A stretch of DNA of 64,000 bases from Patescibacteria group bacterium (GCA_041664365.1 JBAYKW010000001.1:7168-71167); one strand, 5' to 3'; numbered from the stretch's first letter, positions 17,719-31,594 are shown. A program made the numbers and translations. Notes: generated from the sequence alone by a model not told the origin.

Positions 17719-19386
17719 ATGATTGCGACAAAACAGGTTACCGATGCCCTGAGAAAAGAGGGTATCTTATCCAAAGAAACATCGCATAAACTCAAGGAGT
17801 ACGAAAAACTCCAGATGGGTAATGTTTTGGATTTTTGTATTGAGCAAGGCATGGTCCCGTCATCTAAGCTGATTTCATTACTGCAGGAATCTCATTCACT
17901 GCAGGTAGTTGATTTGAATCAGGTAAAAATATATCCGGAAGTGGTTAAAAAACTTCCTTCTTCAATTTGTCTGGAACATTTGGTACTGCCCTTCCAGGAA
18001 GATAAAGCATATATTTATGTGGCAATGGCCCGACCGGAAAATACGGAACTGATTACTTATGTAAAAAAGTCGCTGAAAAAGGATGTGGCGGTGTATCTGG
18101 CCAATCAGAGGGATATTAAACAATACCTGGAGGAAACATTTAATAATTCCGCGGAATCAAGTAAAAAAGCAATTGATGAACTGATTGTCAGGGCATGCCG
18201 GATAAATAACACGCCGGAAACAATGGGACAGGAAGCCCCGATCATTTCATTATTAAACCAGATGATAATCTTCGGTATAAAAAGCGAAGCAAGCGACATG
18301 CATATTGAGCCGCGCGAAGATTCAGTTGCTGTGCGTTTTCGCATGGACGGCATGCTGCACCAATTTTTCACCCTGCCGAAAGAACTGCTAGCTCCGATAA
18401 TTGCGCGTACTAAAATATTATCTCAGATCCGTATTGACGAACATATGCGTCCACAGGACGGGAGATTCAGTTTTGACGAATCGGGATATAAAGTGGCGGT
18501 CCGTCTTTCTATCATCCCGACTCTGCACGGCCAGAAAGCATCCTTAAGATTTTTAGATACGGATAACGAGAACCTTTCGCTCAATACTTTGGGCCTGGAA
18601 AAAAACAATCGGGAAAATTTGAAAAAAATTCTTGGGTTTACCAATGGAATGGTTCTAATTACCGGCCCGACCGGCTCGGGTAAAACAACAACTTTGTATT
18701 CATTGATTAAAGAGATTAATAATCAGCAGGTTAATATTTCAACAATTGAAGATCCGATAGAATACCATCTGACCGGAGCGAACCAGATTCAGGTAAATCC
18801 GCATGTAGATTTGAATTTTGCGAGCGGTCTGCGTTCAATTTTGCGCCAGGATCCGGATATTATTATGATCGGAGAAATTCGGGACAAAGAAACTGCGACC
18901 ATTGCCATTAATGCCGCGATGACCGGTCATTTAGTATTAACATCTTTACATACCAACAGCGCCGCCGCCGCAATCCCGAGACTTTTGGATATGGGTGTGG
19001 AGCCGTATTTAATAGCTTCCACCTTGAAAGCAATTATCGGCCAGCGTTTGGTGCGTAATATATGCGCATCCTGTAAAACGGAATTTGTTGTCGATTCAAT
19101 TCCTAAAGAACTGGTAGAAAAATACTCTGCCACAGAAAAACCAATCGCTGCAAAAGGACAAGGGTGCCCTGAGTGTTTAAATACCGGATATTCAGGCCGA
19201 ACCGGAATTTTCGAAGTTTTAAATGTCGATGAAGATATCCATGATCTGATTATTAATCGGGCACATTCTTCATCAATAGAAGCAGCTGCCATAGCAAAAA
19301 ATATGAAATCGATGTATGAAGATGGAATAATCAAAGTACTTAATAAACAAACTACCTTAGAAGAGGTAATAAGGGTTACTAAATAA
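17719..19386 (+). CDS. pilB: type IV pilus / type II secretion assembly ATPase (PilB/GspE family)
   Basis: GspE N-terminal domain. Walker A GPTGSGKTTT. Asp/His boxes. C-terminal tetracysteine CASCK…CPEC. Confidence 0.85.
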   Translation: MIATKQVTDALRKEGILSKETSHKLKEYEKLQMGNVLDFCIEQGMVPSSKLISLLQESHSLQVVDLNQVKIYPEVVKKLPSSICLEHLVLPFQEDKAYIYVAMARPENTELITYVKKSLKKDVAVYLANQRDIKQYLEETFNNSAESSKKAIDELIVRACRINNTPETMGQEAPIISLLNQMIIFGIKSEASDMHIEPREDSVAVRFRMDGMLHQFFTLPKELLAPIIARTKILSQIRIDEHMRPQDGRFSFDESGYKVAVRLSIIPTLHGQKASLRFLDTDNENLSLNTLGLEKNNRENLKKILGFTNGMVLITGPTGSGKTTTLYSLIKEINNQQVNISTIEDPIEYHLTGANQIQVNPHVDLNFASGLRSILRQDPDIIMIGEIRDKETATIAINAAMTGHLVLTSLHTNSAAAAIPRLLDMGVEPYLIASTLKAIIGQRLVRNICASCKTEFVVDSIPKELVEKYSATEKPIAAKGQGCPECLNTGYSGRTGIFEVLNVDEDIHDLIINRAHSSSIEAAAIAKNMKSMYEDGIIKVLNKQTTLEEVIRVTK

Positions 19387-19394
19387 TTACAAAC

Positions 19395-20603
19395 ATGAGC
19401 AATTTTGAATATACATTTATTGATCTGGAAAACACCATCCACCGTGGATTAGCACGGGGTTGGACCAAGAAAAGAGTCTCAAAACAACTGTCCAATGAAG
19501 GCAATTCAGTTGTTACTTTAGTAAAGATAAAAAATAGAAATGCAATTTTTCAGAGTATGTTCCGGTATATTTCCAGGATTGACCGTATTCTTTTCATGCG
19601 CAGTCTGATGACTATGATGAAAGCGGGACTTAATTTACCGGACGCGCTGGCATCATCCCGGGAACAGAACTCCAATCCGAACATGAAAATAATTATTGCG
19701 GATCTTGAAAAGGCTGTTAATTCGGGAAAAACACTTTCATCCGCACTGGAAAAATACAAAAATGTTTTTTCCCCAGTTTCAATTGCCATGATCAGAATCG
19801 GCGAACACGGAGGAAAACTAGTTGATGTTCTGCAATTTCTGACTACTCAGCAAGAGAGTGATTATAAATTACTCAGGAAGATCAGAAATTCTTTGGTATA
19901 TCCGGCTCTTATTTTTGTAACAATGATTGCAATCGTGGCTGTGATGATGGTGGTGGTAATCCCGAGGATTGCAGCAATCTATGATGATGTTTCTGCGGAA
20001 CTGCCATTATTCACCCGCGCATTGATTGCGATCAGTAACTTTATCGTAAGCTACGGTTTGCTTCTGGCAGTCGGAATTGCGTTATTGATAATTTCTTTTC
20101 GGCTTGGTATTACGTATTCCGAGAAATTCAAAAAATCAATCCATCGTATGACACTTCGTTTGCCGATGGTTGGAATGGTTGTTAGAAAATTAAATTTAGC
20201 AATGATTTCCAGATCTCTACATATGTTAACCAAGTCCGGCGTTTCAATTGATCAAAGCCTGATATTAGCCAGTAATGCCGCAAGCAATGTTGTCTATCGT
20301 GATGCTGTCCGGTCAGGTGAAGTTTTTGTCAGACGCGGTGTTTCACTTTCCGATATCTTTAAAGGCGAGCCGGATCTGTTTTTACCGTTATTTCAGAAGA
20401 TGGTTTCAACCGGTGAAAAGACCGGTTATCTGGATGATATGCTTCAGCATTCGGCAAAATATTATGATGATGATATTCAGAATTGGAGCGATAATCTTTC
20501 AACGTTAATTGAACCGGTAATGCTCTTAATCACCGGCGTGCTGGTCGGCGGACTGGCCTTGGCAGTAATGTATCCGCTCTGGAACTTTGCAAACATATTA
20601 TGA
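19395..20603 (+). CDS. pilC: type IV pilus platform protein (PilC/GspF family)
   Basis: 402-aa polytopic protein with duplicated GspF-type domains, directly after pilB. Confidence 0.8.
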   Translation: MSNFEYTFIDLENTIHRGLARGWTKKRVSKQLSNEGNSVVTLVKIKNRNAIFQSMFRYISRIDRILFMRSLMTMMKAGLNLPDALASSREQNSNPNMKIIIADLEKAVNSGKTLSSALEKYKNVFSPVSIAMIRIGEHGGKLVDVLQFLTTQQESDYKLLRKIRNSLVYPALIFVTMIAIVAVMMVVVIPRIAAIYDDVSAELPLFTRALIAISNFIVSYGLLLAVGIALLIISFRLGITYSEKFKKSIHRMTLRLPMVGMVVRKLNLAMISRSLHMLTKSGVSIDQSLILASNAASNVVYRDAVRSGEVFVRRGVSLSDIFKGEPDLFLPLFQKMVSTGEKTGYLDDMLQHSAKYYDDDIQNWSDNLSTLIEPVMLLITGVLVGGLALAVMYPLWNFANIL

Positions 20604-21040
20604 ACAAACTAAAAAAACAACCCGGGTTTACTGTAATTGAAGTATTGATTGTTATTATCGCGATCAGCCTGATTGCCGGTGTGGCTGTAATTTCATTATC
20701 AAAGGGAAAAACAGGAGCGCAGGCTGTAACGGAAGCGGAAAAAGTCGCCCAGATTATCCGAGATGCTCAAGCGCGATCACAGTCGGCGGAAACAGGTCGC
20801 GCATGGGCGGTTCGATGTAACGGCAACTCAGTTGATTTAATGGCAATTAATCCGGAATCAATATCTGAAACATACAGCTTCCCGGAAAGATTTACGTGTT
20901 CTGCAAGCGATGACATTATTTTTGATAAACTAACCGGTATCCCGAGTCAGGATTTGGATTTATTCATCCGTCTTGATGGTGCTAATAGTTCGCGCATTGA
21001 AGTCAGAGTGCCAGGAACTGTTAAAATATCATCTTTATGA
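20600..21040 (+). CDS. prepilin-type (class III signal) pilin/pseudopilin
   Basis: N-terminus KKQPG|FTVIEVLIVIIAI has Gly at -1, Glu at +5 and a hydrophobic helix. Confidence 0.7.
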   Translation: MNKLKKQPGFTVIEVLIVIIAISLIAGVAVISLSKGKTGAQAVTEAEKVAQIIRDAQARSQSAETGRAWAVRCNGNSVDLMAINPESISETYSFPERFTCSASDDIIFDKLTGIPSQDLDLFIRLDGANSSRIEVRVPGTVKISSL

Positions 21041-21528
21041 ACTGGAAAGACCAAAAAGGAAGTTTGTTGATTGAAGTGCTGCTGAGCATCAGCCTGGCAG
21101 CGGTTTTTTCTTTGGCGATCGGTAATCTAATCGGAGTTAATCACCAGTTAGTTATCGCATCAAAGCAGGAGGTGGAAGCAACAGCCTATGCAAAAGAATC
21201 AATGGAGCAAATATTTGCCATAAAACAGTCCGATTGGAATAAAATCAGCGGTTTTTCTGAGGGGTTTTATCATATTGAAGAGGTCGGTAGTGAATTTCAA
21301 ATAGTCGTGCCAAGCGATCCGACACACCCTGAACAGGAACTTGACGGCAAGTATTACCGGACAGTCCATATCGGCAATGCTTATCGGGACATTTCAGGTA
21401 ATTTGAGTGATATGGGAACCGAAGATGCTCAAGCGAGAAGACTTGATGTAAAAGTGTCCTGGCAGGAAAGAGATAGCACAAGAAATATTGAATTTACCAG
21501 TTATGTTACTAACTGGAGGGGGCAATAA
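21037..21528 (+). CDS. minor pilin-like protein
   Basis: N-terminus QKG|SLLIEVLLSISLAAVF with Glu at +5. Confidence 0.55.
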   Translation: MNWKDQKGSLLIEVLLSISLAAVFSLAIGNLIGVNHQLVIASKQEVEATAYAKESMEQIFAIKQSDWNKISGFSEGFYHIEEVGSEFQIVVPSDPTHPEQELDGKYYRTVHIGNAYRDISGNLSDMGTEDAQARRLDVKVSWQERDSTRNIEFTSYVTNWRGQ

Positions 21529-22040
21529 TGAAGAATAAATTATTTAAATTAAATCAAAACGGTACAACATTAATGGAGTTGATGGTGTATTTAGGTATAT
21601 CCAGCGTGGTTACTCTGATGCTGACGATGTTTCTGGTGAACAGTACCGAGCAGCGAGTTATGACTAATGATCAGCAGATGGCTCAACATAATGCCAGACA
21701 GGTGATTGAAAAGATGACTTACTCTTTGCGCAACGCTTATAGTGTTGATGTTCAAGCAAGCGGGACAAAAGCGGTGATTTATTCCTATTACTATACAAAT
21801 CCGGGTATTCCAGACAATGTAATTACGGTATATGAGCTGAATGGCGGAAAAATGTATTATGGGCAGGATATTAACACGATTCCTGATCCTTCCGGTATGA
21901 AACTTTTGACCGATGAAGATGTGAATGTATCACTAGTTTCTTTTAAAAAAGTTTCTTCTTCACTTCGAATTAATCTGAATGTAGAAAAAGGAGAAGGGAA
22001 GTCGGATATTAATTCTACTGTGTCTTTCAGACAGCAATAA
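21528..22040 (+). CDS. minor pilin-like protein
   Basis: N-terminus NG|TTLMELMVYLGISSVV with Glu at +5. Confidence 0.55.
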   Translation: MKNKLFKLNQNGTTLMELMVYLGISSVVTLMLTMFLVNSTEQRVMTNDQQMAQHNARQVIEKMTYSLRNAYSVDVQASGTKAVIYSYYYTNPGIPDNVITVYELNGGKMYYGQDINTIPDPSGMKLLTDEDVNVSLVSFKKVSSSLRINLNVEKGEGKSDINSTVSFRQQ

Positions 22041-22041
22041 C

Positions 22042-23085
22042 ATGAAAAATAATGTTGTAAAGAATCAGCAAGGAAGCATAACCATTTTAATGGTCTTCTT
22101 TACAATGATAGTAATGTTTCTTTTTGTCTTTTCTAATAATGTTACCGCTACCAGGGAAAAAGTCATTACCCGTAATGCGATTGCGACAGAAAAAGCATTT
22201 TACTCGGCACAAACCTGCATTGAAGAAGGATATCTGCAATTACGCACAGATGAAAATTATGCCGGTACAACAATTAATATTAATGGAGTAGAATGCGAAG
22301 TAATTCCCCAGCATAATGCCGGTGTAGCTTCGGGCAAACTGGTTGGTACCGGAACATTTTCTGAAAGTGTCAGAACGGTTGCCAGTTATTATGCCGACGC
22401 TGGCGCATCAACTGTACGAAACGATACAACGATCTATCATATCATAGACCGCTCAGGCAGTATGGACGATGACGGCAACGGATGCACAGTCGCGGGTTTA
22501 TATAATCCGACAGACTGTACGAATAACGGCGGTGTGTGGGGTCCTCAGCCGATGATATTTGCCAGAGAAGCGGCAAAGTCTTTTATCAATGAAATGGATC
22601 CCGCTTACGACAAAATCGGCGTAGTGCATTATGACGATGTTGCCGGATGTGATTTTATCGCTTCTGCTGATTTATCAGCTGCTCGAGTTGCTGTAGATAC
22701 GGTTCCGGACCCGGACGGCGGTTATACTAATATCGGTGATGCGATTGCTCTGGCAACAAGTAATATTGTCACATATGCACCAGGTACAGATATAAAGGTG
22801 GAAATTATGCTGACAGACGGGGTTACTAACCGACCAAATAATGAGACATACGCCGAACAGTTTGCATTGGATCAGGCAAATATTGCCGACAGCAACGGTA
22901 TACTAATATTTGCCATTGGACTGGGTAGTAGTGTCAATGAAGATTTTTTAAGAAATGATATAGCTACAGACCCTACTATGTATTTCTACGCGCCTTCGCC
23001 GGAAGATTTAGAAGGTATTTATAACCAAATTGCCAACATCATTCTTTCCTACAACATCAGCCAAGACGGCTGGATAGAGGAATAG
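22042..23085 (+). CDS. pilus-associated von Willebrand factor A protein (TadG-like, N-terminal pseudopilin-like TM helix)
   Basis: N-terminal hydrophobic helix. vWA MIDAS motif DRSGSMDDDG, TNIGDAIALA and ILTDGVTN. Confidence 0.65.
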   Translation: MKNNVVKNQQGSITILMVFFTMIVMFLFVFSNNVTATREKVITRNAIATEKAFYSAQTCIEEGYLQLRTDENYAGTTININGVECEVIPQHNAGVASGKLVGTGTFSESVRTVASYYADAGASTVRNDTTIYHIIDRSGSMDDDGNGCTVAGLYNPTDCTNNGGVWGPQPMIFAREAAKSFINEMDPAYDKIGVVHYDDVAGCDFIASADLSAARVAVDTVPDPDGGYTNIGDAIALATSNIVTYAPGTDIKVEIMLTDGVTNRPNNETYAEQFALDQANIADSNGILIFAIGLGSSVNEDFLRNDIATDPTMYFYAPSPEDLEGIYNQIANIILSYNISQDGWIEE

Positions 23086-23104
23086 TTTAATATTTTTTGA
23101 GTGT

Positions 23105-23140
23105 GCAGGCGCGACATCGATGTCGCGCCTGCTTTGATTA
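23105..23140 (+). terminator. 12-bp perfect GC-rich hairpin (gcaggcgcgaca-tcga-tgtcgcgcctgc) + TTTGATT
   Basis: Follows the stop of the vWA gene. Confidence 0.55.
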
Positions 23141-23148
23141 GGTATTGA

Positions 23149-23206
23149 CCCCATTAGAAACATTGTTTCTAATGGGGTTGACAATCCTTCTCTGATATGA
23201 TACCAT
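23149..23206 (+). promoter_or_regulatory. palindrome ccccattagaaaca/tgtttctaatgggg fused to TTGACA … TATGATA promoter-like element
   Basis: TTGACA at 23178-23183. TATGAT at 23196-23201 gives a 12-nt spacer; alternatively TACCAT at N17. Same hairpin-GGGG-TTGACA architecture as 6762 and 16347. Confidence 0.4.
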
Positions 23207-23293
23207 CCTCGGTCACGCGTGGATCAGGTTTTCACTGAAATGCCCTTGCGCGTGAGGGTGTTTCGCACACGGAAGTGTAAAGGTGGGAGAAGT

Positions 23294-23743
23294 ATGAAGA
23301 CGGCCATAATCATCGTCCTTGGTCTCGCTATCCTCGCAACCGTGATCGGCGTCAGCGTCTACAGGACGAACCAGGTGTTCGCTCTGCGGGCGATGACCAG
23401 CATCCCCGTGCTGGCGCTGACCGACCTCGCCGAAGGAGTGGATTACCGGCTGGAATCGTTCCAGCCTTTCATCCTGCGCAAGGACACGCACTTGAACGAA
23501 GCGTACATGGTAATCGTCAGATCCGACAAACTGCCGGTTTCGAGTTACAATCACTTGGCCGCCCTCGTGGTAGCCAAGCAGCTGGTGGAGATCTGCCCCG
23601 CAGACTCAACCCAGTCGGCTTCGGCGACGGTGACCACCGTGATCAGCGAAGGCGAAGGAGGCATGACTCGTATTCTGCACCTCCGCCCCCAGTACCTCTG
23701 CACGGAGCCCGAACCCAGGTCCATCCCCGCCGGCATTTATTAG
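23294..23743 (+). CDS. GC-rich membrane-anchored hypothetical protein
   Basis: Start chosen at MKTAIIIV, which has AAGGTGGGAG 6 nt upstream; the track start at 23219 has no RBS. One N-terminal TM helix. Confidence 0.5.
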   Translation: MKTAIIIVLGLAILATVIGVSVYRTNQVFALRAMTSIPVLALTDLAEGVDYRLESFQPFILRKDTHLNEAYMVIVRSDKLPVSSYNHLAALVVAKQLVEICPADSTQSASATVTTVISEGEGGMTRILHLRPQYLCTEPEPRSIPAGIY

Positions 23744-23931
23744 CAGCTCTTTCCTTTGCCTCGTTCCCCGAAAGGTTCCCATTCATATCTTGGATGTTCG
23801 GAGCCTTTTTTCTTTGGAAAAATGTGGTTTTTTGCCTCTAAATAATGTTTGCTGAAACTGGTAAAATCTGTTACAATCTAAGTGGAAATCTCTTCAAAAA
23901 ACTACGATGAGATAAGATTCTTTAGTGTCAT

Positions 23932-24336
23932 ATGCCTCTAAGAAGATACCTGTTAATTATGGGATTCGGGACCCTCATTTCGTGGGGGGCTTTTGTATTG
24001 GTTATTCTGAATATTGACCCGTTCAGCTCCGGATTTGTCGGCCTTTTTTCCTTTTATATCATGCTTTTTTTGGCGTTAATGGGTACATTTGCCTTATTTG
24101 GTTTCATTGTACGGGCCGTATTTGTTAAAAGATCAGTATTATTCAGGCATATCGGGGTTTCATTGCGACAGTCAGTATTATTCTCTTCCCTGATTATGGT
24201 TTCCTTAATGCTCCAAGCCAACAATCTTTTTACCTGGTGGAACGCGATCTTGCTGATTTTGGGGTTAGGGCTGCTGGAATTCTTCTTTTTAGGCAGGGAA
24301 AATCCATTAACTCAACATGAACAGCATCAAGAATAA
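23932..24336 (+). CDS. small integral membrane protein
   Basis: 134 aa, 4 predicted TM helices, AT-rich like the host. Confidence 0.45.
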   Translation: MPLRRYLLIMGFGTLISWGAFVLVILNIDPFSSGFVGLFSFYIMLFLALMGTFALFGFIVRAVFVKRSVLFRHIGVSLRQSVLFSSLIMVSLMLQANNLFTWWNAILLILGLGLLEFFFLGRENPLTQHEQHQE

Positions 24337-24342
24337 TATTTT

Positions 24343-25383
24343 ATGAAAAAAACACTGGAACAACTGAAACAAAAAGCGCTGGAAGAAATCCAGAAAATTA
24401 ACGACTCCGAAGGATTAAAAAATCTGGAGATCGAATATTTGGGCAGAAAAGGAAAAATTACTAAGGTACTGAGGGAAATAAAAGATATTTCGGACGAAAT
24501 GAAACCGGTAATCGGCAAACTGGCCAATGAAATCAAAAATGAATTAGCTGACGCGCTGAAAACAGCGGAAACAAAATTTTCCGTAAATTCGGAAAAAGAT
24601 ACGGATTTTTTCGATCCCACTTTGCCTGGCGTCAGGATGCAGGAAGGACATCTTCATCCGATCACCCAGATGCTGGAAAAAATATGGGACGTTTTCCGTT
24701 CCATGAATTTTGATATTGTCGAAGGGCCGGAAATAGAAAATGATTATTACAATTTCCAGGCTTTGAATGTACCGGCGGACCATCCGGCACGTGATATGCA
24801 GGATACTTTTTATATAAAGCATGAAAAAAAAGCGCCTCTCGATAAATATGGCGAATTGCTGTTAAGAACCCATACTTCTTCCGCATCGCAGGTCAGAACG
24901 ATGGAAAAAAACAAACCACCACTACGTGTGATTGTCACCGGCAAATGCTATCGCCGTGATGAAGATATTTCCCACACACCGATGTTCCACCAATTCGACG
25001 GTGTTGCAGTCGATACCGATATTACTTTTTCCGATCTGAAAGGAACGCTCCATTATGCCATGAGGGAGATTTTGGAAAAAGATATTAAGGTCCGTTTCAG
25101 AATTTCTTATTTTCCGTTTGTTGAACCGGGGGCGGAATTTGATATCTCCTGCACCATCTGTGACGGCAAAGGATGTCCGACCTGTAAAAATACCGGCTGG
25201 CTCGAGATGGGCGGTTGCGGGATGATCCATCCGAATGTTTTGAAAGCAGCTAATTACGATCCGAAAAAGTACCAGGGGTTTGCATTCGGCTTTGGCATTG
25301 AAAGACCTTTGATGATTAAACACAAAATTGCTGACATCCGCGCTTTGTTTGAAAATGATATCAGATTTTTAAAACAATTTTGA
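24343..25383 (+). CDS. pheS: phenylalanine--tRNA ligase alpha subunit
   Basis: Class II aaRS motifs (FRISYFPFVEPG, GFAFGFGIERP). 346 aa. Confidence 0.9.
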   Translation: MKKTLEQLKQKALEEIQKINDSEGLKNLEIEYLGRKGKITKVLREIKDISDEMKPVIGKLANEIKNELADALKTAETKFSVNSEKDTDFFDPTLPGVRMQEGHLHPITQMLEKIWDVFRSMNFDIVEGPEIENDYYNFQALNVPADHPARDMQDTFYIKHEKKAPLDKYGELLLRTHTSSASQVRTMEKNKPPLRVIVTGKCYRRDEDISHTPMFHQFDGVAVDTDITFSDLKGTLHYAMREILEKDIKVRFRISYFPFVEPGAEFDISCTICDGKGCPTCKNTGWLEMGGCGMIHPNVLKAANYDPKKYQGFAFGFGIERPLMIKHKIADIRALFENDIRFLKQF

Positions 25384-25386
25384 TAT

Positions 25387-25440
25387 TGGTAGGTAGTAAG
25401 TAGTATGTGGTGGGTCGAGAGTCGGTGGGGGGTAGGTAGC
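25387..25440. repeat. G-rich low-complexity block containing GGTAGGTAG (x2)
   Basis: Sequence ggtaggtagtaagtag…ggtggggggtaggtagc. Inverted copies (cctacctac, ctacctact) lie at 25849-25893. Confidence 0.4.
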
Positions 25441-25465
25441 TATTAAAACTATTATAATATAGATT

Positions 25466-25825
25466 ATGGCGAAAAATTATGAAAACTTAGATGTCTGGAA
25501 AAGTAGTATTGTACTTAACAAGGATATTTATTTGATAACTCAAGATTTTCCTAAGGAAGAATTGTATGGTCTAACTTCTCAGATTAGAAGAGCGTCAGTT
25601 TCGGTTGCTTCTAATATTGCGGAAGGTGCGGGTAGAGCTTCTAAGCCGGATTTTAGCAGATTTATTAATATTTCTTTAGGTTCGCTCAATGAGGTCGAGA
25701 GCCTGTTATTTATTGCGCGTGAATTGAAGTATTTGAATTCAAATAAATTTAATGAGCTTAAAGGTTCTATAGAAAAACTAGGTGCAGGACTGGGAGCTTT
25801 CAAAAAGTATTTATCTAAAGAATGA
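25466..25825 (+). CDS. four-helix-bundle protein (formerly 23S rRNA intervening-sequence protein family)
   Basis: 119 aa. Pattern DVWKSSIVLNKDIYLITQDFPKEELYGLTSQIRRASVSVASNIAEG is typical of this family. Wedged between pheS and pheT. Confidence 0.75.
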   Translation: MAKNYENLDVWKSSIVLNKDIYLITQDFPKEELYGLTSQIRRASVSVASNIAEGAGRASKPDFSRFINISLGSLNEVESLLFIARELKYLNSNKFNELKGSIEKLGAGLGAFKKYLSKE

Positions 25826-25848
25826 AATAACCTTCAATTGTTAAAATC

Positions 25849-25893
25849 CTACCTACAAAACTTATCCAATAACCACCAACAACGTTCAACATT
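25849..25893. repeat. inverted copies of the GTAGGTAG motif (cctacctac / ctacctact)
   Basis: Reverse complement of the left-flank motif; together they bracket the four-helix-bundle gene. Confidence 0.4.
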
Positions 25894-25908
25894 CTACCTA
25901 CTAATAAT

Positions 25909-30398
<4,490 letters not shown>

Positions 30399-30427
30399 CG
30401 CAATTTCACAAATTTTAAGCGAAGCAC

Positions 30428-30456
30428 TTGCAAATTATTTCGATTTCGGGTATGAT
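30428..30456 (+). promoter_or_regulatory. TTGCAA-N17-TATGAT promoter; a 5-bp hairpin + T5 (30477-30495) follows in the secE leader
   Basis: Exact 17-nt spacing. A leader hairpin agccc-gacaa-gggct-ttttt follows. Confidence 0.45.
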
Positions 30457-30506
30457 TTAAATACAGAAAAATCAGAGCCCGACAAGGGCTTTTTAAAGAC
30501 CAAAAA

Positions 30507-30701
30507 ATGCCTATAACCAACAACAAAATATTTCGATATTTCAAAGAATCGAAAGACGAACTTAGGAAAGTAACCTGGCCCAGCCGCAAGGAGGCGATTA
30601 AGCACACTTTGATCGTAATTGGTGTCAGTGTGTCAGTAGCCTTGTTTTTAGGACTGGCCGATTTTCTTATGAATATGGGTCTTGAGCAATTAATAAAATA
30701 A
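30507..30701 (+). CDS. secE: preprotein translocase subunit SecE
   Basis: 64 aa with a single C-terminal TM helix (KVTWPSRKEAIKHTLIVIGVSV…), directly upstream of nusG. Confidence 0.8.
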   Translation: MPITNNKIFRYFKESKDELRKVTWPSRKEAIKHTLIVIGVSVSVALFLGLADFLMNMGLEQLIK

Positions 30702-30704
30702 GCA

Positions 30705-31250
30705 ATGCCAAAACAAACCGCTAAACATGGAAAACGTTGGTATGTATTACATACTTATTCGGGATATGAAGAAAATGTTTCCCGAAATCTTCGACAGAGA
30801 ATTGAATCAATGGATATGGAGGATAAGATTTTCAACGTTTTGATTCCTACCGAAAAGAAGATCAAGATAAAAAATGGTAAACGTAAAATTGTAACGGAAA
30901 AAATATTCCCCGGTTATGTGCTGGTGGAAATGATCGTTACTGATGAATCATGGTACGTGGTGAGAAATACACCGAATGTTACCGGATTTGTGGGTACCGG
31001 CACTACGCCAACACCTATATCTGAAGATGAAGTGAAGAATCTACAGAAAAGAATGGGAATTGAAGAGCCGAAATATAAGATTGACGTGTCAGTCGGCGAT
31101 CCGGTACGGATTGTGGACGGACCTTTTAAAGAAATGGAAGGAAAAGTTTCTGAAGTTGATGATGCCCGTGGAAAAGTTAAAGTACTGGTATCGATGTTCG
31201 GCCGGGAAACGCCTACCGAACTGGATTCACTTCAGATTAAGAAACTGTAA
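30705..31250 (+). CDS. nusG: transcription termination/antitermination factor NusG
   Basis: NGN domain (RWYVLHTYSGYEENV) and KOW motif (VGDPVRIVDGPFKEMEGKV). Confidence 0.9.
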   Translation: MPKQTAKHGKRWYVLHTYSGYEENVSRNLRQRIESMDMEDKIFNVLIPTEKKIKIKNGKRKIVTEKIFPGYVLVEMIVTDESWYVVRNTPNVTGFVGTGTTPTPISEDEVKNLQKRMGIEEPKYKIDVSVGDPVRIVDGPFKEMEGKVSEVDDARGKVKVLVSMFGRETPTELDSLQIKKL

Positions 31251-31261
31251 AGAATATTAAC

Positions 31262-31594
31262 GTGAAGGATGTAGAATACAACAAACTGGTACGTGACCGT
31301 ATCCCAGAAGTGATCGAAGCTTCCGGTGACGAGTGTCAGTATGAACAAATGGAAGAAGATGAATATCGGACAATGCTCAGAGAAAAGTTTGTTGAAGAGG
31401 CAAAGGAACTAATAGCTGCTGACGGTAAAGATGAGATTATCAACGAACTCGCTGATTTACTGGAACTGGTTGAAGCGGTTCAAGATCTGGAACAGATATC
31501 TCCCGATGATGTCGCAGATAAGAAAAATATGAAAAAGGAAGAGCGGGGAGGATTTGAAAACAGGATAAAATTAATCAGTATTAAAGAGTCTTAA
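31262..31594 (+). CDS. MazG/PRA-PH-like all-alpha NTP pyrophosphohydrolase family protein (GTG start)
   Basis: Pattern KLVRDRIPEVIE…EEAKEL…ELADLLELVEAV. The in-frame start is GTG with no obvious SD. Inserted between nusG and rplK. Confidence 0.45.
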   Translation: MKDVEYNKLVRDRIPEVIEASGDECQYEQMEEDEYRTMLREKFVEEAKELIAADGKDEIINELADLLELVEAVQDLEQISPDDVADKKNMKKEERGGFENRIKLISIKES

